Shown: positions 44,799 to 55,580 of the stretch, piece by piece | Layout of the letters: each line of letters opens with the position of its first letter | Position numbering within the stretch: position 1 is the stretch's first letter | Source: Acidobacteriota bacterium | GTDB taxonomy: Bacteria; Acidobacteriota; Thermoanaerobaculia; Gp7-AA8 | DNA: 64,000 nt | Direction: 5' to 3' | NCBI GenBank assembly: GCA_019244185.1 | Contig: JAFATB010000006.1 | Location: 416,001 to 480,000, forward strand | Position numbers and translations under genes: made by a program | The notes under the pieces: generated by a model | What the model saw: only the letters and a program-made list of their open reading frames with translations | The model's database searches: none | Told to the model about the DNA's origin: nothing

Positions 44799-45821
44799 TC
44801 AGAACAAGTCGCGCTGGTGTCGCGCGGCGGAGAGCGGGTATCCGAGGTGCTCGTAGGCAGTGCGGCTCGCGACGCGGCCGCGCGGCGTGCGCTGCATGAA
44901 GCCGATCTGGATGAGATACGGCTCGTACAAGTCTTCGATGGTTCCGCGGTCTTCGCCGATCGACGACGCGAGCGCGTTCACGCCGACGGGCCCGCCGCCG
45001 AAGCGCTCGATGATCGTCGTGAGCAGCTTGCGATCGATCTCGTCGAGGCCGTACTCATCGACTTCGAGCATGCCCAGCGCCTCGCGGGCGATATGGACGT
45101 CGATCTTGCCCTCGTGCCGCACTTCCGCAAAGTCGCGCACGCGGCGCAGGAGGCGGTTCGCGATGCGCGGCGTGCCGCGCGAGCGGCGCGCGATCTCGGA
45201 CGCGGCCTCGCGCTCGGTGGGGATGCCGAGGATCTCGGAGGAGCGGCGGACGATCACGGTGAGCGAGTCGACGTCGTAGAAGTCGAGTCGATGGACGATG
45301 CCGAAGCGCGCGCGCAGTGGCGCGGTGATGAGGCCAGCGCGCGTCGTCGCGCCGACAAGCGTGAAGCGCGGCAGCTCGAACTTCATCGTGCGCGCCGCGG
45401 GGCCCTGGCCGATCACGACGTCGACGTGAAAGTCTTCCATCGCAGAGTAGAGGATCTCCTCGACCTGCGCGGGCATGCGATGGATCTCGTCGATGAACAG
45501 CACCTCGCCGGCCTCGAGGTTCGTGACGATGCCGACGAGATCGCCCGGCTTCTCCAGCGCGGGACCCGACGTCGAGCGGAGACTCGCGTTCATTTCATTC
45601 GCGATGATGTTCGCGAGCGTCGTCTTGCCGAGTCCGGGCGGACCGAAGAGCAGCACGTGATCGAGTGGCTCGTGCCGTTTGCGCGCGGCCTCGAGCGAGA
45701 TCTCGAGGTTCGCTTTCACCTTCTGCTGCCCGATGTACTCGCGCAGCATTTTCGGGCGCAGCGAGAGCTCGGTCTGGAGATCGTCCTGATCGGGAGCCGG
45801 TGAGAGGATGCGGTCGTCCAC
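44799..45821 (-). CDS. ruvB: Holliday junction branch migration helicase
   Basis: [35 protein letters not shown]. Confidence 0.98.
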   Translation of the reverse strand: MDDRILSPAPDQDDLQTELSLRPKMLREYIGQQKVKANLEISLEAARKRHEPLDHVLLFGPPGLGKTTLANIIANEMNASLRSTSGPALEKPGDLVGIVTNLEAGEVLFIDEIHRMPAQVEEILYSAMEDFHVDVVIGQGPAARTMKFELPRFTLVGATTRAGLITAPLRARFGIVHRLDFYDVDSLTVIVRRSSEILGIPTEREAASEIARRSRGTPRIANRLLRRVRDFAEVRHEGKIDVHIAREALGMLEVDEYGLDEIDRKLLTTIIERFGGGPVGVNALASSIGEDRGTIEDLYEPYLIQIGFMQRTPRGRVASRTAYEHLGYPLSAARHQRDLF

Positions 45822-45831
45822 CGCGCGCAGT

Positions 45832-47448
45832 TTACCTTGGCAGCGTGACGGTGATCGCGGTGCCGGCGCCTTCGCGCGAGCTCACGTCGATGCGTCCGCC
45901 GTGCTCCTGCACGATGCGATACGAGATGGCCATGCCCAGTCCCGTGCCGGAGGGGAAGTTCGTGCGGAACGGCTGGAAAAGCCGCTGCAGGTCCGCCTGC
46001 GACATCCCGCGTCCGCTGTCGGCGAAGACGATGTTGTACGAGCCGTTCTCGATGGACGTGCTGACGGTCAGCACGCCGCCTTTCGGCATCGCCTGCACCG
46101 CGTTGCGCGCGAGGTTCCAGAACACCTGGCGGATCTGATCGCCGTCGCCGACGAGCGTAAACGACGGCGGCGCGATCGCGCGGCGAATCTCGTGCGCCGG
46201 CTGCAGCTCCGGCGAGTTCTCGAGCAGATCGAGCGTCTCGGAGAGACTGGCCGCGACGTCGAACTCCGCGGGGTGTTTCTCCTGCGGCCGCACGAAGCGG
46301 AGAAAGTCGGAGATCGATTTGTTCAGCCGCTCCGACTCTTTCAGCACGATCGACATCAGCCGCTGTTCCTGCGTCGACAGTGAGCTCGAGCTCTTGAGCA
46401 CCTGCACCGAGCCGGCGATCGCGGCGAGCGGATTCCGGATCTCGTGCGCGATGCCGGCGGAGAGCTCGCCTACCGCGGCCATCCTGTCCTTCAGCCGCAC
46501 CTCTGCCTCGAGCTTTTTCATCTCGGTGAGGTCCTGAAAGATCAGCGTGTAGCCGGCGTCGACGCCGTCGAGCGTCGTCAGCGGACTGACCGCGAAGCCG
46601 AGGCTCTGCGCGGCGCCGGCGAAGTCATCGAGCTCGCGGCGCACGACGTCGCCCGCGGCGAGCCGCTCGCGCGCGTCGTCCCAGCCATTGGGCGTGAAGA
46701 AGCCGAGCTCCGTCACGTGACGCCCGAGCACCGCCGCCGGTTGCATCTGCAGGATGTTCGCGCCGGCGGGGTTGATGAACGATGCGATGCCCGACGTCGC
46801 GAGCGTGATCAGTCCCGAGGGGATCGACTCGACGACGTTCTGATTGAGCGCGCGCAACTCCGCGAGGTTCTGCCGGTTGACATCGAGCTCCTCGGATGTT
46901 CGCTGCAGTTTCTCGGACAGATACGACGTGAGCAGCGCGGTCGCGTAGAAACCGGCGAAGTTCGCGGCCATGTTGAAGTAGAGCCGCGACGAGGTCCACG
47001 CGATCGGCAGAAAGAGCGACTGCTCCGGCATCGGAAAGACGCCGTAGTACATGAGATCGACGAGAGCGCCGTAGAGGATCGCCGCGCCGGACGCGGTGAG
47101 CAATCCGCCGCGGCGGTAGAGCAGCATCGACGCGGCGATGACCGAGACGAGATAGAGAAACGAGAACGGCGAGTCGAGACCGCCGGTGAAGTAGACGAGC
47201 AGCGTCTCGACGCAGAGATCGCCGAGCGTCTGGATCATGAGGTTGACCGAGCGCGACGGCACCGTGAGCGCGAGCGCGATGTACGCGAGCGTCAGCGCGT
47301 ACGTGAGGCCGGTGGCGATGTAGAGATAGTTGAGCGGCAGGACCTCGCGGACGGTGTACTGGATGATCAGCGCCGCGAGGAGCAGCGTCGTGACGACGAC
47401 GACCCGGACGGCGATCAGCATCCGGGTATCGGAAGACATGGTGGACAT
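45832..47448 (-). CDS. pilS: PilS-like membrane PAS histidine kinase
   Basis: N-terminal TMs with TGGLDSPF; [19 protein letters not shown]; follows pilC. Confidence 0.8.
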   Translation of the reverse strand: MSTMSSDTRMLIAVRVVVVTTLLLAALIIQYTVREVLPLNYLYIATGLTYALTLAYIALALTVPSRSVNLMIQTLGDLCVETLLVYFTGGLDSPFSFLYLVSVIAASMLLYRRGGLLTASGAAILYGALVDLMYYGVFPMPEQSLFLPIAWTSSRLYFNMAANFAGFYATALLTSYLSEKLQRTSEELDVNRQNLAELRALNQNVVESIPSGLITLATSGIASFINPAGANILQMQPAAVLGRHVTELGFFTPNGWDDARERLAAGDVVRRELDDFAGAAQSLGFAVSPLTTLDGVDAGYTLIFQDLTEMKKLEAEVRLKDRMAAVGELSAGIAHEIRNPLAAIAGSVQVLKSSSSLSTQEQRLMSIVLKESERLNKSISDFLRFVRPQEKHPAEFDVAASLSETLDLLENSPELQPAHEIRRAIAPPSFTLVGDGDQIRQVFWNLARNAVQAMPKGGVLTVSTSIENGSYNIVFADSGRGMSQADLQRLFQPFRTNFPSGTGLGMAISYRIVQEHGGRIDVSSREGAGTAITVTLPR

Positions 47449-47485
47449 GAGACTGCGGCGAGGCGGGCCCCAGGCCCGCCTCGGC

Positions 47486-48688
47486 TTATCCGATCTGTCC
47501 GATGAGCGAGAACATCGGCATGTACATCGCGATGACGATGCCGCCGATGGCCACGCCGAGGAAGGCGATGAGAATCGGCTCGAGGAGCTTCATCAGACCG
47601 GCCACGGCGACGTCGACTTCGTCTTCGTAGAAGTCGGCGATCTTGGTGAGCATCGTGTCGAGCGCACCGGTCTGTTCGCCGACGCCGATCATCTGCACGA
47701 CCATCGACGGGAAGACGTCGGTGTCGCCGAGCGGCTCGCTGATGGTCTTGCCTTCTTCGACCGACTTGCGCGTGGCCATGATCGCGTCTTCGACGATCGA
47801 GTTGCCGGCGGTGCGCGCGGTGATCTGCAGGCCGTCGAGAATGGGCACGCCGGACGAAGTCAGCGTGGCGAGCGTGCGGCAGAAACGCGCGACGGCGATC
47901 TTGCGCAGCAGCATGCCGAGGACCGGCATCTTGAGCAGCAGGCCGTCGATGACGCGCTTGCCTTTGTACGTGCCGTGATAGCGGCGGACCGAGACGATGA
48001 GCGCGATGACGACGATGGTGACGAGCCACCAGAAGTCGGCGATGAAGTTCGAGAGCGCGATGACGACGCGCGTCGGGAGCGGCAGCTGCGCGCCGAGGCT
48101 TTCGAAGAGGGAGGCGAAGACCGGGATGACCTTCCAGAGAATGACCGCGACGACGATGCAGGCGATGCTGATGACGGCGACCGGATAGATCATCGCCGAC
48201 TTGACCTGCGAGTTGAGCTTGACCGCTTTCTCGATGTAGGTCGCGAGACGCTGGAGGATCGTGTCGAGAATACCGCCCGCCTCACCCGCGGCGACCATGT
48301 TCGTGAAGAGGTCGTTGAAGACCTTGGGATGCTTGCGCATCGCGTCGGCGAGGTTCGAGCCCGACTCGACGTCCTGCCGCACCTGCACGAGCGTGCGCTT
48401 GAAGGTCTTGTGGTCCTGCTGCGAGCCGAGGATCTCGAGGCACTGCACGAGCGGCAGGCCGGCGTCGATCATGACGGAGAACTGCCGCGTGAAGATCGCG
48501 ATCTGCTGGGGCGGGACGCGTCCGCCGAACTTCGGCAGCGCGATCTCTTTGCCCTTTTCCTTGACCGCGGTGACGACGATCTGCTGCCGCCGCATCACGG
48601 TGATGACGGCGTCCTTCGAGTCGGCGACCAGCACACCCGACTGCGTCTGCCCGTTCCTGGCCGTTCCCTTCCACTCGAATGTCGGCAT
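47486..48688 (-). CDS. pilC: Type IV pilus platform protein
   Basis: FTRQFSVMIDAGLP, AGEAGGILD, GEQTGALD. Confidence 0.95.
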   Translation of the reverse strand: MPTFEWKGTARNGQTQSGVLVADSKDAVITVMRRQQIVVTAVKEKGKEIALPKFGGRVPPQQIAIFTRQFSVMIDAGLPLVQCLEILGSQQDHKTFKRTLVQVRQDVESGSNLADAMRKHPKVFNDLFTNMVAAGEAGGILDTILQRLATYIEKAVKLNSQVKSAMIYPVAVISIACIVVAVILWKVIPVFASLFESLGAQLPLPTRVVIALSNFIADFWWLVTIVVIALIVSVRRYHGTYKGKRVIDGLLLKMPVLGMLLRKIAVARFCRTLATLTSSGVPILDGLQITARTAGNSIVEDAIMATRKSVEEGKTISEPLGDTDVFPSMVVQMIGVGEQTGALDTMLTKIADFYEDEVDVAVAGLMKLLEPILIAFLGVAIGGIVIAMYMPMFSLIGQIG

Positions 48689-48711
48689 GTTCCCCCTCCG
48701 GTCTCCCTAAC

Positions 48712-49842
48712 TCACGCGGAACGCGGGCGCACCGCACCGGCCGCCGCGGGCGGCCCCTGCGGGAACAGCGCGCCGGCGCCGCGCGAGATCATCTCCTGCA
48801 GCTCGTCGGGATTCGACGAGCGTGACAACGCGGTCTGCAGCGTGATCAGCTTCTTGAAGTACAGCGTCGCCAACGACTGGTTGAAAGTCTGCATTCCGTA
48901 TTTCGTCTGACCAGTTTGCATCATCGAGTAGATCTGATGCACCTTGTCTTCGCGGATGAGGTTCCGGATCGCGGCGTTCGGAACGAGGATTTCCATCGCC
49001 ATCACGCGTCCCTTGCCGTTCGCTTTCGGGAGCAGCGCCTGGCAGAGGATGCCCTCCAGCACGAACGACAGCTGCGCGCGGATCTGCGGCTGCTGGTGCG
49101 CGGGGAAGACGTCGACGATGCGGTTGATGGTCTGCGCGGCCGAGTTCGTGTGCAGCGTGCCGAACGTGAGGTGGCCGGTCTCGGCGATGCGCAGCGCGGA
49201 CTCGATGGTCTCGAGGTCGCGCATCTCGCCGATGAGGACGACGTCGGGATCCTGGCGCAGCGCGGACTTCAACGAGTTCGCGAAAGAGTGCGTGTCGGCG
49301 TGCAGCTCGCGCTGATTGACGACGCAGTTCTTGTGCTGGTGGAGGAACTCGACGGGATCTTCGATGGTGATGATGTGCTCGTGGCGCTCGCGGTTGATCT
49401 TGTCGATCATCGCGGCGAGCGTGGTCGACTTGCCGGAGCCGGTGGGGCCGGTGACGAGCACGAGGCCGCGCGGTTTGTTGCAGATCTCCTCGACGACGGC
49501 GGGAAGGCCGAGCTCGCGGAAGCCGAGGATCTCGTACGGGATCTGCCGGTAGACGGCGGCCGTGGCGCCGCGCTGGTTGAAGATGTTCGCGCGGAAGCGC
49601 GCCAGTCCTTTGATGCCGAACGAAATGTCGAGCTCGAGGTTCTCTTCGAAGCGGTGCTTCTGCGCGTCGGTGAGCACTGAGTACGCGAGCTGCTTGGTCT
49701 CCGGCGCGGTGAGCGGCGGCATGTCCAGCGGCACGAGCTTGCCGTCGATGCGGATCTGGGGCGGCGAGTTGGTGGTGACGTGCAGGTCCGAGCCGCCGCG
49801 CTCGACCATCGTCTTCAGCAGCTGATGCAGTGTGACGGGCAT
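48712..49842 (-). CDS. pilT: Type IV pilus retraction ATPase
   Basis: GPTGSGKST, LRQDPD, AIRNLIRE, GMQT. Confidence 0.97.
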   Translation of the reverse strand: MPVTLHQLLKTMVERGGSDLHVTTNSPPQIRIDGKLVPLDMPPLTAPETKQLAYSVLTDAQKHRFEENLELDISFGIKGLARFRANIFNQRGATAAVYRQIPYEILGFRELGLPAVVEEICNKPRGLVLVTGPTGSGKSTTLAAMIDKINRERHEHIITIEDPVEFLHQHKNCVVNQRELHADTHSFANSLKSALRQDPDVVLIGEMRDLETIESALRIAETGHLTFGTLHTNSAAQTINRIVDVFPAHQQPQIRAQLSFVLEGILCQALLPKANGKGRVMAMEILVPNAAIRNLIREDKVHQIYSMMQTGQTKYGMQTFNQSLATLYFKKLITLQTALSRSSNPDELQEMISRGAGALFPQGPPAAAGAVRPRSA

Positions 49843-49868
49843 TCGGTTCTCCGACGTCCGCGCGGCCG

Positions 49869-51584
49869 CTACAGCACCGTCTCGCGGACGACTTCCTCCA
49901 CGGTGGTGACGCCTTCCTTGATTTTAAACAGTCCGGACCGCCGCAGCGTGATCATCCCGTTCTCCATCGCCCGGCGCTTGATGTCGATGGCCGTGCCGCC
50001 GGAGAGGATGAGGTCGCGGATGTCGTCGTCGATCTGCATGACTTCGATGAGCGCCACGCGGCCTTTGTAGCCGGTGTTGTTGCACTTCTCGCAGCCGCGG
50101 CCCTTGTAGACGGTGAAGGTGCCGACTTCCTCTTTCTTGTAGCCGAGGTTGAGGAGCGCCTGCGGGGTCATGTCCACCGGCTCCTTGCAGAGCGAGCAGA
50201 TGCGGCGCGTGAGGCGCTGCGCGGCGATGAGCTGCGTCGCCGTCGCCACGAGGAACGGCTCGATGCCCATGTTCATGAGGCGGTTGATCGTCGACGGCGC
50301 GTCGTTCGTGTGCAGCGTCGAGAGCACGAGGTGTCCCGTGAGCGCGGCCTTGATCGCGATCTCCGCGGTCTCGAAGTCGCGGATCTCGCCGACGAGGATG
50401 ATGTTCGGATCCTGCCGCAGGAACGAGCGCAGCGTGGCCGCGAAGTTGAGGCCGATGCCCTCTTTCATCTGCACCTGGTTGATGCCGGGGAGGTTGAACT
50501 CGACCGGATCTTCCGCGGTCATGATGTTGACTTCCGGCGAGTTGACCTTCGAGAGCGCCGAGTAGAGCGTGTTCGTCTTGCCCGAGCCGGTGGGACCGGT
50601 GACGAGCACCATGCCCCACGGCTTGAAGATCGCCTCCTCGAAGCGCGCCAGCGACTCCGGCTCGAAGCCGAGCTTGGTCATGTCGAGGCGGAGGTTGTCC
50701 TTGTCGAGGAGACGCAGAACCATCTTCTCGCCGAAGAGCGTCGGCAGGCAGGAGACGCGGAAGTCGAGCTCCTTGTTCTTGTCCTCGAGCTTGATCTTCA
50801 GCTTGATGCGTCCGTCCTGCGGGAGGCGCTTCTCCGAGATGTCGAGCTTCGCCAGGATCTTCATGCGCGAGGTCATGGCGTCCTTGAGCTTCAAGGGCGG
50901 GTTCATGATCTCGTAGAGGATGCCGTCGATGCGGAAGCGGACGCGGAACTCTTTCTCGTACGGCTCGATGTGGATGTCCGACGCGCCGCGCTTGATGGCG
51001 TCGGTCAGAATCAGGTTGCACAACTTCACGACCGGCGCTTCCTCGGCCGAATCGGCGAGGGCGCTGACGTCGAGCTCTTCGTCCTCCTCGAGGACTTCGA
51101 GGTCCGCCGTCTCCGCCTGCTGAAGGTCTTCCATGACCTTCTTCAGCTCGAGCGAAGACGTCGTGCCGTAGTAGTTGTCGATGGCCGCCTTGATCCCCAG
51201 CTCGGAGGCCACGACCGGCTCGACGTTGTAGCCGGTCATGAACTTGATGTCGTCCATGGCGAAGACGTTCGTCGGATCGGCCATGGCGATGGTGATCGTG
51301 GCGCCGGTCTTGTTGACCGGGAGGATGTTGTACTTGCGCGCGACGTCGCCGGGGATCAGCTTGATCACCGAGCCGTCGATCTCGAAGTGCTGGAGGTTGA
51401 TGGAGGGGACGCCGAACTGCTGGGAGAGGCACTCCGTGATGTCTTCTTCCGAGACGAAGCCGAGCTTGATCAGCGTTTCGCCGAGCTTGCCGCCTGTCTC
51501 TTTCTGAACGCGAAGGGCTTCTTTGAGCTGATCCTGCGTGATCAGACTCGCTTTGGTGAGCAACTCACCGAGACGAACGCTCAT
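49869..51584 (-). CDS. pilB: Type IV pilus extension ATPase
   Basis: RLGELL N-terminus, GPTGSGKT, LRQDP, tetra-Cys motif. Confidence 0.97.
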   Translation of the reverse strand: MSVRLGELLTKASLITQDQLKEALRVQKETGGKLGETLIKLGFVSEEDITECLSQQFGVPSINLQHFEIDGSVIKLIPGDVARKYNILPVNKTGATITIAMADPTNVFAMDDIKFMTGYNVEPVVASELGIKAAIDNYYGTTSSLELKKVMEDLQQAETADLEVLEEDEELDVSALADSAEEAPVVKLCNLILTDAIKRGASDIHIEPYEKEFRVRFRIDGILYEIMNPPLKLKDAMTSRMKILAKLDISEKRLPQDGRIKLKIKLEDKNKELDFRVSCLPTLFGEKMVLRLLDKDNLRLDMTKLGFEPESLARFEEAIFKPWGMVLVTGPTGSGKTNTLYSALSKVNSPEVNIMTAEDPVEFNLPGINQVQMKEGIGLNFAATLRSFLRQDPNIILVGEIRDFETAEIAIKAALTGHLVLSTLHTNDAPSTINRLMNMGIEPFLVATATQLIAAQRLTRRICSLCKEPVDMTPQALLNLGYKKEEVGTFTVYKGRGCEKCNNTGYKGRVALIEVMQIDDDIRDLILSGGTAIDIKRRAMENGMITLRRSGLFKIKEGVTTVEEVVRETVL

Positions 51585-51704
51585 AGGTGCTTTCTGTCGA
51601 CTCCTGGGACGGTTGAGGCTCGACCGGAGACGCCACGCAACTCAGGCCGGCCGAGTGTATCACCCGCGTGAAACGCGGATTGCGAGCTAAGTTATTCAGC
51701 GCCG

Positions 51705-52448
51705 CTAACGTTTGAGCGGCGGCGGCTCGACGGACGTGACGCCCGCCTGCACGCCGCGGAGGCTGGCGATGATGCTGCCGAACTTCACGTCCGTGCGGAT
51801 GCGCACCGGGATGCGCCGCTCGTCGTCGCTGTACCAGATGAAGAGCTTCTCTTCGCGCTCGACGCCGTCGCTCGTCATCCGCGGCTCCACGACCACGGTC
51901 GCGAACGTGCCCGCGGGGGTGTCGATCGTCTCGCGCCGTACGACGCGCGCCTGGACGTCGTAGACCTTGCCGTCGGCGATGAGCGTGAGCGCGTACGACT
52001 TGCCGGGGCTGAGATCGACCAGGCGCAGATAGAACATGACCGACATCGGATCGAAGACCGGCCGCGGCACGCGCGTCTTCTTCACCTTCCGCCGTGTGCG
52101 CGTGGCGACGCCGTCGTCGACGGTCGTTACTTCCTCGATCTTGTCGTCTTTCTCGTCGAGGCGTTTCACGTAGCGCAGCGTCGAGAAGTCCTTGCGCGCG
52201 ACCGTCGACTCGATCTCGTCGCGCACGCGGAAGATGCGTGAGAAGCCGGGCGTCGAATGCGCGACGGAGGTGATGCGGTAGCTGTCCTCGCCCGACGGAC
52301 CGATCGTGAGACGTCCGGTGCCGCCGGTGATCTTGAGCCAGCTGAGGTTGTAGTCGAGCGTCTCGCCGCGGGCGAACGCTTGTTCGACCGGCGTCGTGGC
52401 CGGCACCGACGCGGCGAAGAGCAACGCAACGGCGAGGATGAGGTTCAC
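51705..52448 (-). CDS. DUF3108 secreted protein
   Basis: Signal peptide; GETLDY, TPAGTF, IWYSDDERRIPV. Confidence 0.8.
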   Translation of the reverse strand: MNLILAVALLFAASVPATTPVEQAFARGETLDYNLSWLKITGGTGRLTIGPSGEDSYRITSVAHSTPGFSRIFRVRDEIESTVARKDFSTLRYVKRLDEKDDKIEEVTTVDDGVATRTRRKVKKTRVPRPVFDPMSVMFYLRLVDLSPGKSYALTLIADGKVYDVQARVVRRETIDTPAGTFATVVVEPRMTSDGVEREEKLFIWYSDDERRIPVRIRTDVKFGSIIASLRGVQAGVTSVEPPPLKR

Positions 52449-53359
52449 TCCGCGGCCACCCTTTCCACCAGCTGCATCACCTCTTCAACAGCAATCGCGT
52501 CCATGGATTTCGTCGAGCCGAAATGATCGACGCAATGGCCGAGCTGGCCATACGGCCCGTTGCGACGCGGATCGGTGGGACCGTAGAGGCCGATGACCTT
52601 CGTGCCGAGGGCGGCGGCGAGGTGGAGCGGACCGGTGTCGCCGCCGATGACGAGACGCGCGTGCTGCAGCAGCCACGCGAGCTCGCGCAGGCCGGTCGGC
52701 GGCGCGAGCCGCGCGCCGATCGCTTCCGCGCGCTCGCGCTCGCCGGGTCCCCACACCACGAGCACGCGCTCGCCGAGACGGCGCGCGAGCTCGCGGAAAC
52801 GCTCGACCGGCCACAGCTTCGATGGCTTGCCGGCGCCCGGCAGCAGCACGATCGCATCGGCGAACGCGTCGAGGTTGTCATTGCGCGGAAACGCGTCCCA
52901 GGACGGCACGGCCTTGCCGGCCGGCGCGAGCGCGGCGGCGAGGGCGCGGTTCTGCTCGATGACGTGACGCGTCGTGTCGACGGCGACCTTGCGATTCGTG
53001 AAGAGCAGCGCCGGCTTCTCGCGGATCGCATTCGCCGCGAAGCCGTAGCGTTCGCGCGCGCCGGCGAAGCGGCCGAGCATGGCCGACTTCACCAGGCCCT
53101 GAAAGTCGATCGACGCGTCCGCGCCTCGCAGCGTGCGCCACGCGTCGCGCATGGCCGCGCGCGAGGCGAGCGGCGCGCGTCCCCACGCTTTCATGCGCAT
53201 GGGGATCGTCTCCACGCCAGCCACCAATTCGACGAGCTCGCGATACGGCGCCTCCACGACCCACTGGATGCGATACGCATCGCGCAGTGCGACGACGGCT
53301 GGAATGGTGTGGATGACGTCGCCGAGCGCGGAGAGCCGCAGCACCAGCAGGCGTTTCAT
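52445..53359 (-). CDS. GT9 LPS heptosyltransferase (WaaC-like)
   Basis: [28 protein letters not shown]. Confidence 0.9.
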   Translation of the reverse strand: MKRLLVLRLSALGDVIHTIPAVVALRDAYRIQWVVEAPYRELVELVAGVETIPMRMKAWGRAPLASRAAMRDAWRTLRGADASIDFQGLVKSAMLGRFAGARERYGFAANAIREKPALLFTNRKVAVDTTRHVIEQNRALAAALAPAGKAVPSWDAFPRNDNLDAFADAIVLLPGAGKPSKLWPVERFRELARRLGERVLVVWGPGERERAEAIGARLAPPTGLRELAWLLQHARLVIGGDTGPLHLAAALGTKVIGLYGPTDPRRNGPYGQLGHCVDHFGSTKSMDAIAVEEVMQLVERVAAE

Positions 53360-53829
53360 CGCCCGCGCAGCTTCTGCAAAACCGCGGTGGTGGAGTGGTC
53401 TTTCGGATCGCCGACGATGACGACGCGCCCGCCGTACGCGTTCACGACCTCCGCCTCCGGCACGGAGTCGGGCGTGTAGTCGGTCCCTTTCGCCTGCACG
53501 TCGGGCTTCAGGACCTGCAGAAGGTGGGCAGGACTTTTCTCGTGAAAGACGGTGACGTAGCCGACGCCCTGAATCGCGGCGATGATCTCCGCGCGTTCCT
53601 GCTCCGGCATCACAGGCCGGCCTTCGCCCTTGAGCGTGCGCACGGACTCGTCGCCGTTCACGCCGACCACCAGCACGTCCGCGACGTCCGCCGCGCCCTG
53701 GAGATAGCGGATGTGACCGACGTGCAGCACGTCGAAGCAGCCGTTCGCGAATGCGATCGTCTTTCCCGCCGCGCGCTCGCGTTCGACCGCCTCGGCCAAC
53801 GCGCCCTCGTCGAGAATCGGCGCGTTCAC
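53356..53829 (-). CDS. ADP-heptose synthase, adenylyltransferase domain (RfaE II)
   Basis: [27 protein letters not shown]. Confidence 0.9.
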   Translation of the reverse strand: MNAPILDEGALAEAVERERAAGKTIAFANGCFDVLHVGHIRYLQGAADVADVLVVGVNGDESVRTLKGEGRPVMPEQERAEIIAAIQGVGYVTVFHEKSPAHLLQVLKPDVQAKGTDYTPDSVPEAEVVNAYGGRVVIVGDPKDHSTTAVLQKLRGR

Positions 53830-54842
53830 GAGCGGAGCTCCTCGTCGCGCTCGATCGCGTAGCGCAGCTCGTCGTTCGACACCGTCGCGGTGCCCATCTT
53901 CATGACCACGATGCCGCCCGCGTAGTTGGCGAGCTTCGCCGCTTCCGCGTACGACGCGCCCGCTGCGAGCGCGAGCGTGAAGGTCGCGATGACGGTGTCG
54001 CCGGCGCCGGTGACGTCCGCGACCTGGTCGGTGCCATACACCGGGATCAGCAGCGGCTCGGTCGCGTCGCGCTCGAGGAGCGCCATGCCGCGGCTGCCGC
54101 GCGTGATCAGCACCGCTTCCGCGTCGAGTCCCTGCTGCAGCGTCTGCGCGACTTCGCCGATCTTGGCGTCGTCGCCGTTCCAGAGCGACGTCCCCGCGGC
54201 GGCGGCGGCTTCTTCCTCGTTCGGCGTCGCGGCGGTAACGCCGGGATAGCTGAGCAGCTCGTAGCGCGAGTCGAGCGTCACTGCCTTGCCGTGCGCGTAG
54301 CGTGTGAGGCTCGCCACGAGCGACGGCGCGACGACGCCGTAACCGTAATCGCTCACCAGCGCGGCGTGGCACATGCCGATCGCCTCGCGCAGCAGATCGG
54401 CGAAGCGCAGCGACTCGAGCTCGGTCATGCGGAACTCGTCCTCGATGTCGTAGCGCACGATCTGCTGCCGGCTCGCGTGCGGCATGCCACCGAGGATGCG
54501 CACCTTCGTCGGCGTGGCGTAGCGGCTCGTGCGCAGAATCCCGCTGCAGTCGATGCCGGCGGTCACGAGCGAGTCGACGAGCGTCTGCGCCGCGCCGTCG
54601 GTGCCGAGAACGGACACGGGCACCGGCAGGCCGCCGAGGGCGAAGATGTTGTTGATGGCGTTGCCGGCGCCGCCGAGGAGCACGTCTTCGCGGTACTGGC
54701 GAAGGATGAGCACGGGCGCCTCGCGGGAGATGCGTTTCGGCGTGCCGTAGATGAAGCGGTCCGCTACGATGTCGCCGTAGACGACCACCAGCTTCCCCTT
54801 CATCGCATCGCTCAGCTGCAGCAGGCGGGAACGGCTGAACAC
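53826..54842 (-). CDS. Heptose-7-phosphate kinase domain (RfaE I, PfkB family)
   Basis: [22 protein letters not shown]. Confidence 0.9.
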   Translation of the reverse strand: MFSRSRLLQLSDAMKGKLVVVYGDIVADRFIYGTPKRISREAPVLILRQYREDVLLGGAGNAINNIFALGGLPVPVSVLGTDGAAQTLVDSLVTAGIDCSGILRTSRYATPTKVRILGGMPHASRQQIVRYDIEDEFRMTELESLRFADLLREAIGMCHAALVSDYGYGVVAPSLVASLTRYAHGKAVTLDSRYELLSYPGVTAATPNEEEAAAAAGTSLWNGDDAKIGEVAQTLQQGLDAEAVLITRGSRGMALLERDATEPLLIPVYGTDQVADVTGAGDTVIATFTLALAAGASYAEAAKLANYAGGIVVMKMGTATVSNDELRYAIERDEELRS

Positions 54843-54876
54843 GCGCGGACTATAAACCAACGATGCAGGTTGAACG

Positions 54877-55062
54877 ATGAGCGGCGAACGCGGGAAGCTG
54901 ATCGAGGGCGTCGACTTTTACTACGAGGGCCGCTACCTCGTCTTCACCGAGAAGTTCCTGCGCGACCGCGGCTACTGCTGCGAGTCCGGCTGCCGCCACT
55001 GCCCGTACGGCTTCCGCAAGGATCAGCGCACCGACGTGCCGTCTAACGACGAGACCGATTGA
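54877..55062 (+). CDS. Small Cys-rich protein (DUF5522-like)
   Basis: RGYCCESGCRHCPY. Confidence 0.85.
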   Translation: MSGERGKLIEGVDFYYEGRYLVFTEKFLRDRGYCCESGCRHCPYGFRKDQRTDVPSNDETD

Positions 55063-55075
55063 TATCCATCGATCA

Positions 55076-55576
55076 TCATTCAGCGTTCAGCGCAGCAGCC
55101 GCGTCCTCCAGCTCCGCCTCGCGCAGTTCCTGCTTCTCGCCGCCGCTCAGCACGTTCTCGACGTCGATCAGGAGATAGACCTCGTCGCCGTGCGGCACGA
55201 CCGCGATGAGCAGCTCGCCGCGGATGCCGCGCACGAGCGGCGGCGGCGGCAGGAACGCGTCCGTCGACACCGTGACGATGCGGCGAACCTCGTCGACTTT
55301 GAGTCCGATCACGCCCGCGCTCGTGTGCGTGATGAGCACGAGCGGCTGCGGCGCACGTTCTGCGAGCTTCGGATAGAGCCGGTCGCGCAGGTCGATGATC
55401 GGCACGACCTCGTTGCGCAGCACCACGATGCCTTCGACGAACGCCGGCGCGGTCGGCACCGACGTCGAGCCGGTGTACGGCACGAGCTGACGCACCGCCA
55501 TGATGTCCATGACGAACGTCTCCGGCCCCACGCGAAACGTGATGAGCCGCAGCTCGTCGGATGTCGACGCGGCCAT
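55076..55576 (-). CDS. cheW: Chemotaxis coupling protein
   Basis: VP.AP.FVEGIV.LR.EVVPIIDL, GLKVDEV. Confidence 0.9.
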   Translation of the reverse strand: MAASTSDELRLITFRVGPETFVMDIMAVRQLVPYTGSTSVPTAPAFVEGIVVLRNEVVPIIDLRDRLYPKLAERAPQPLVLITHTSAGVIGLKVDEVRRIVTVSTDAFLPPPPLVRGIRGELLIAVVPHGDEVYLLIDVENVLSGGEKQELREAELEDAAAALNAE

Positions 55577-55580
55577 GCCG

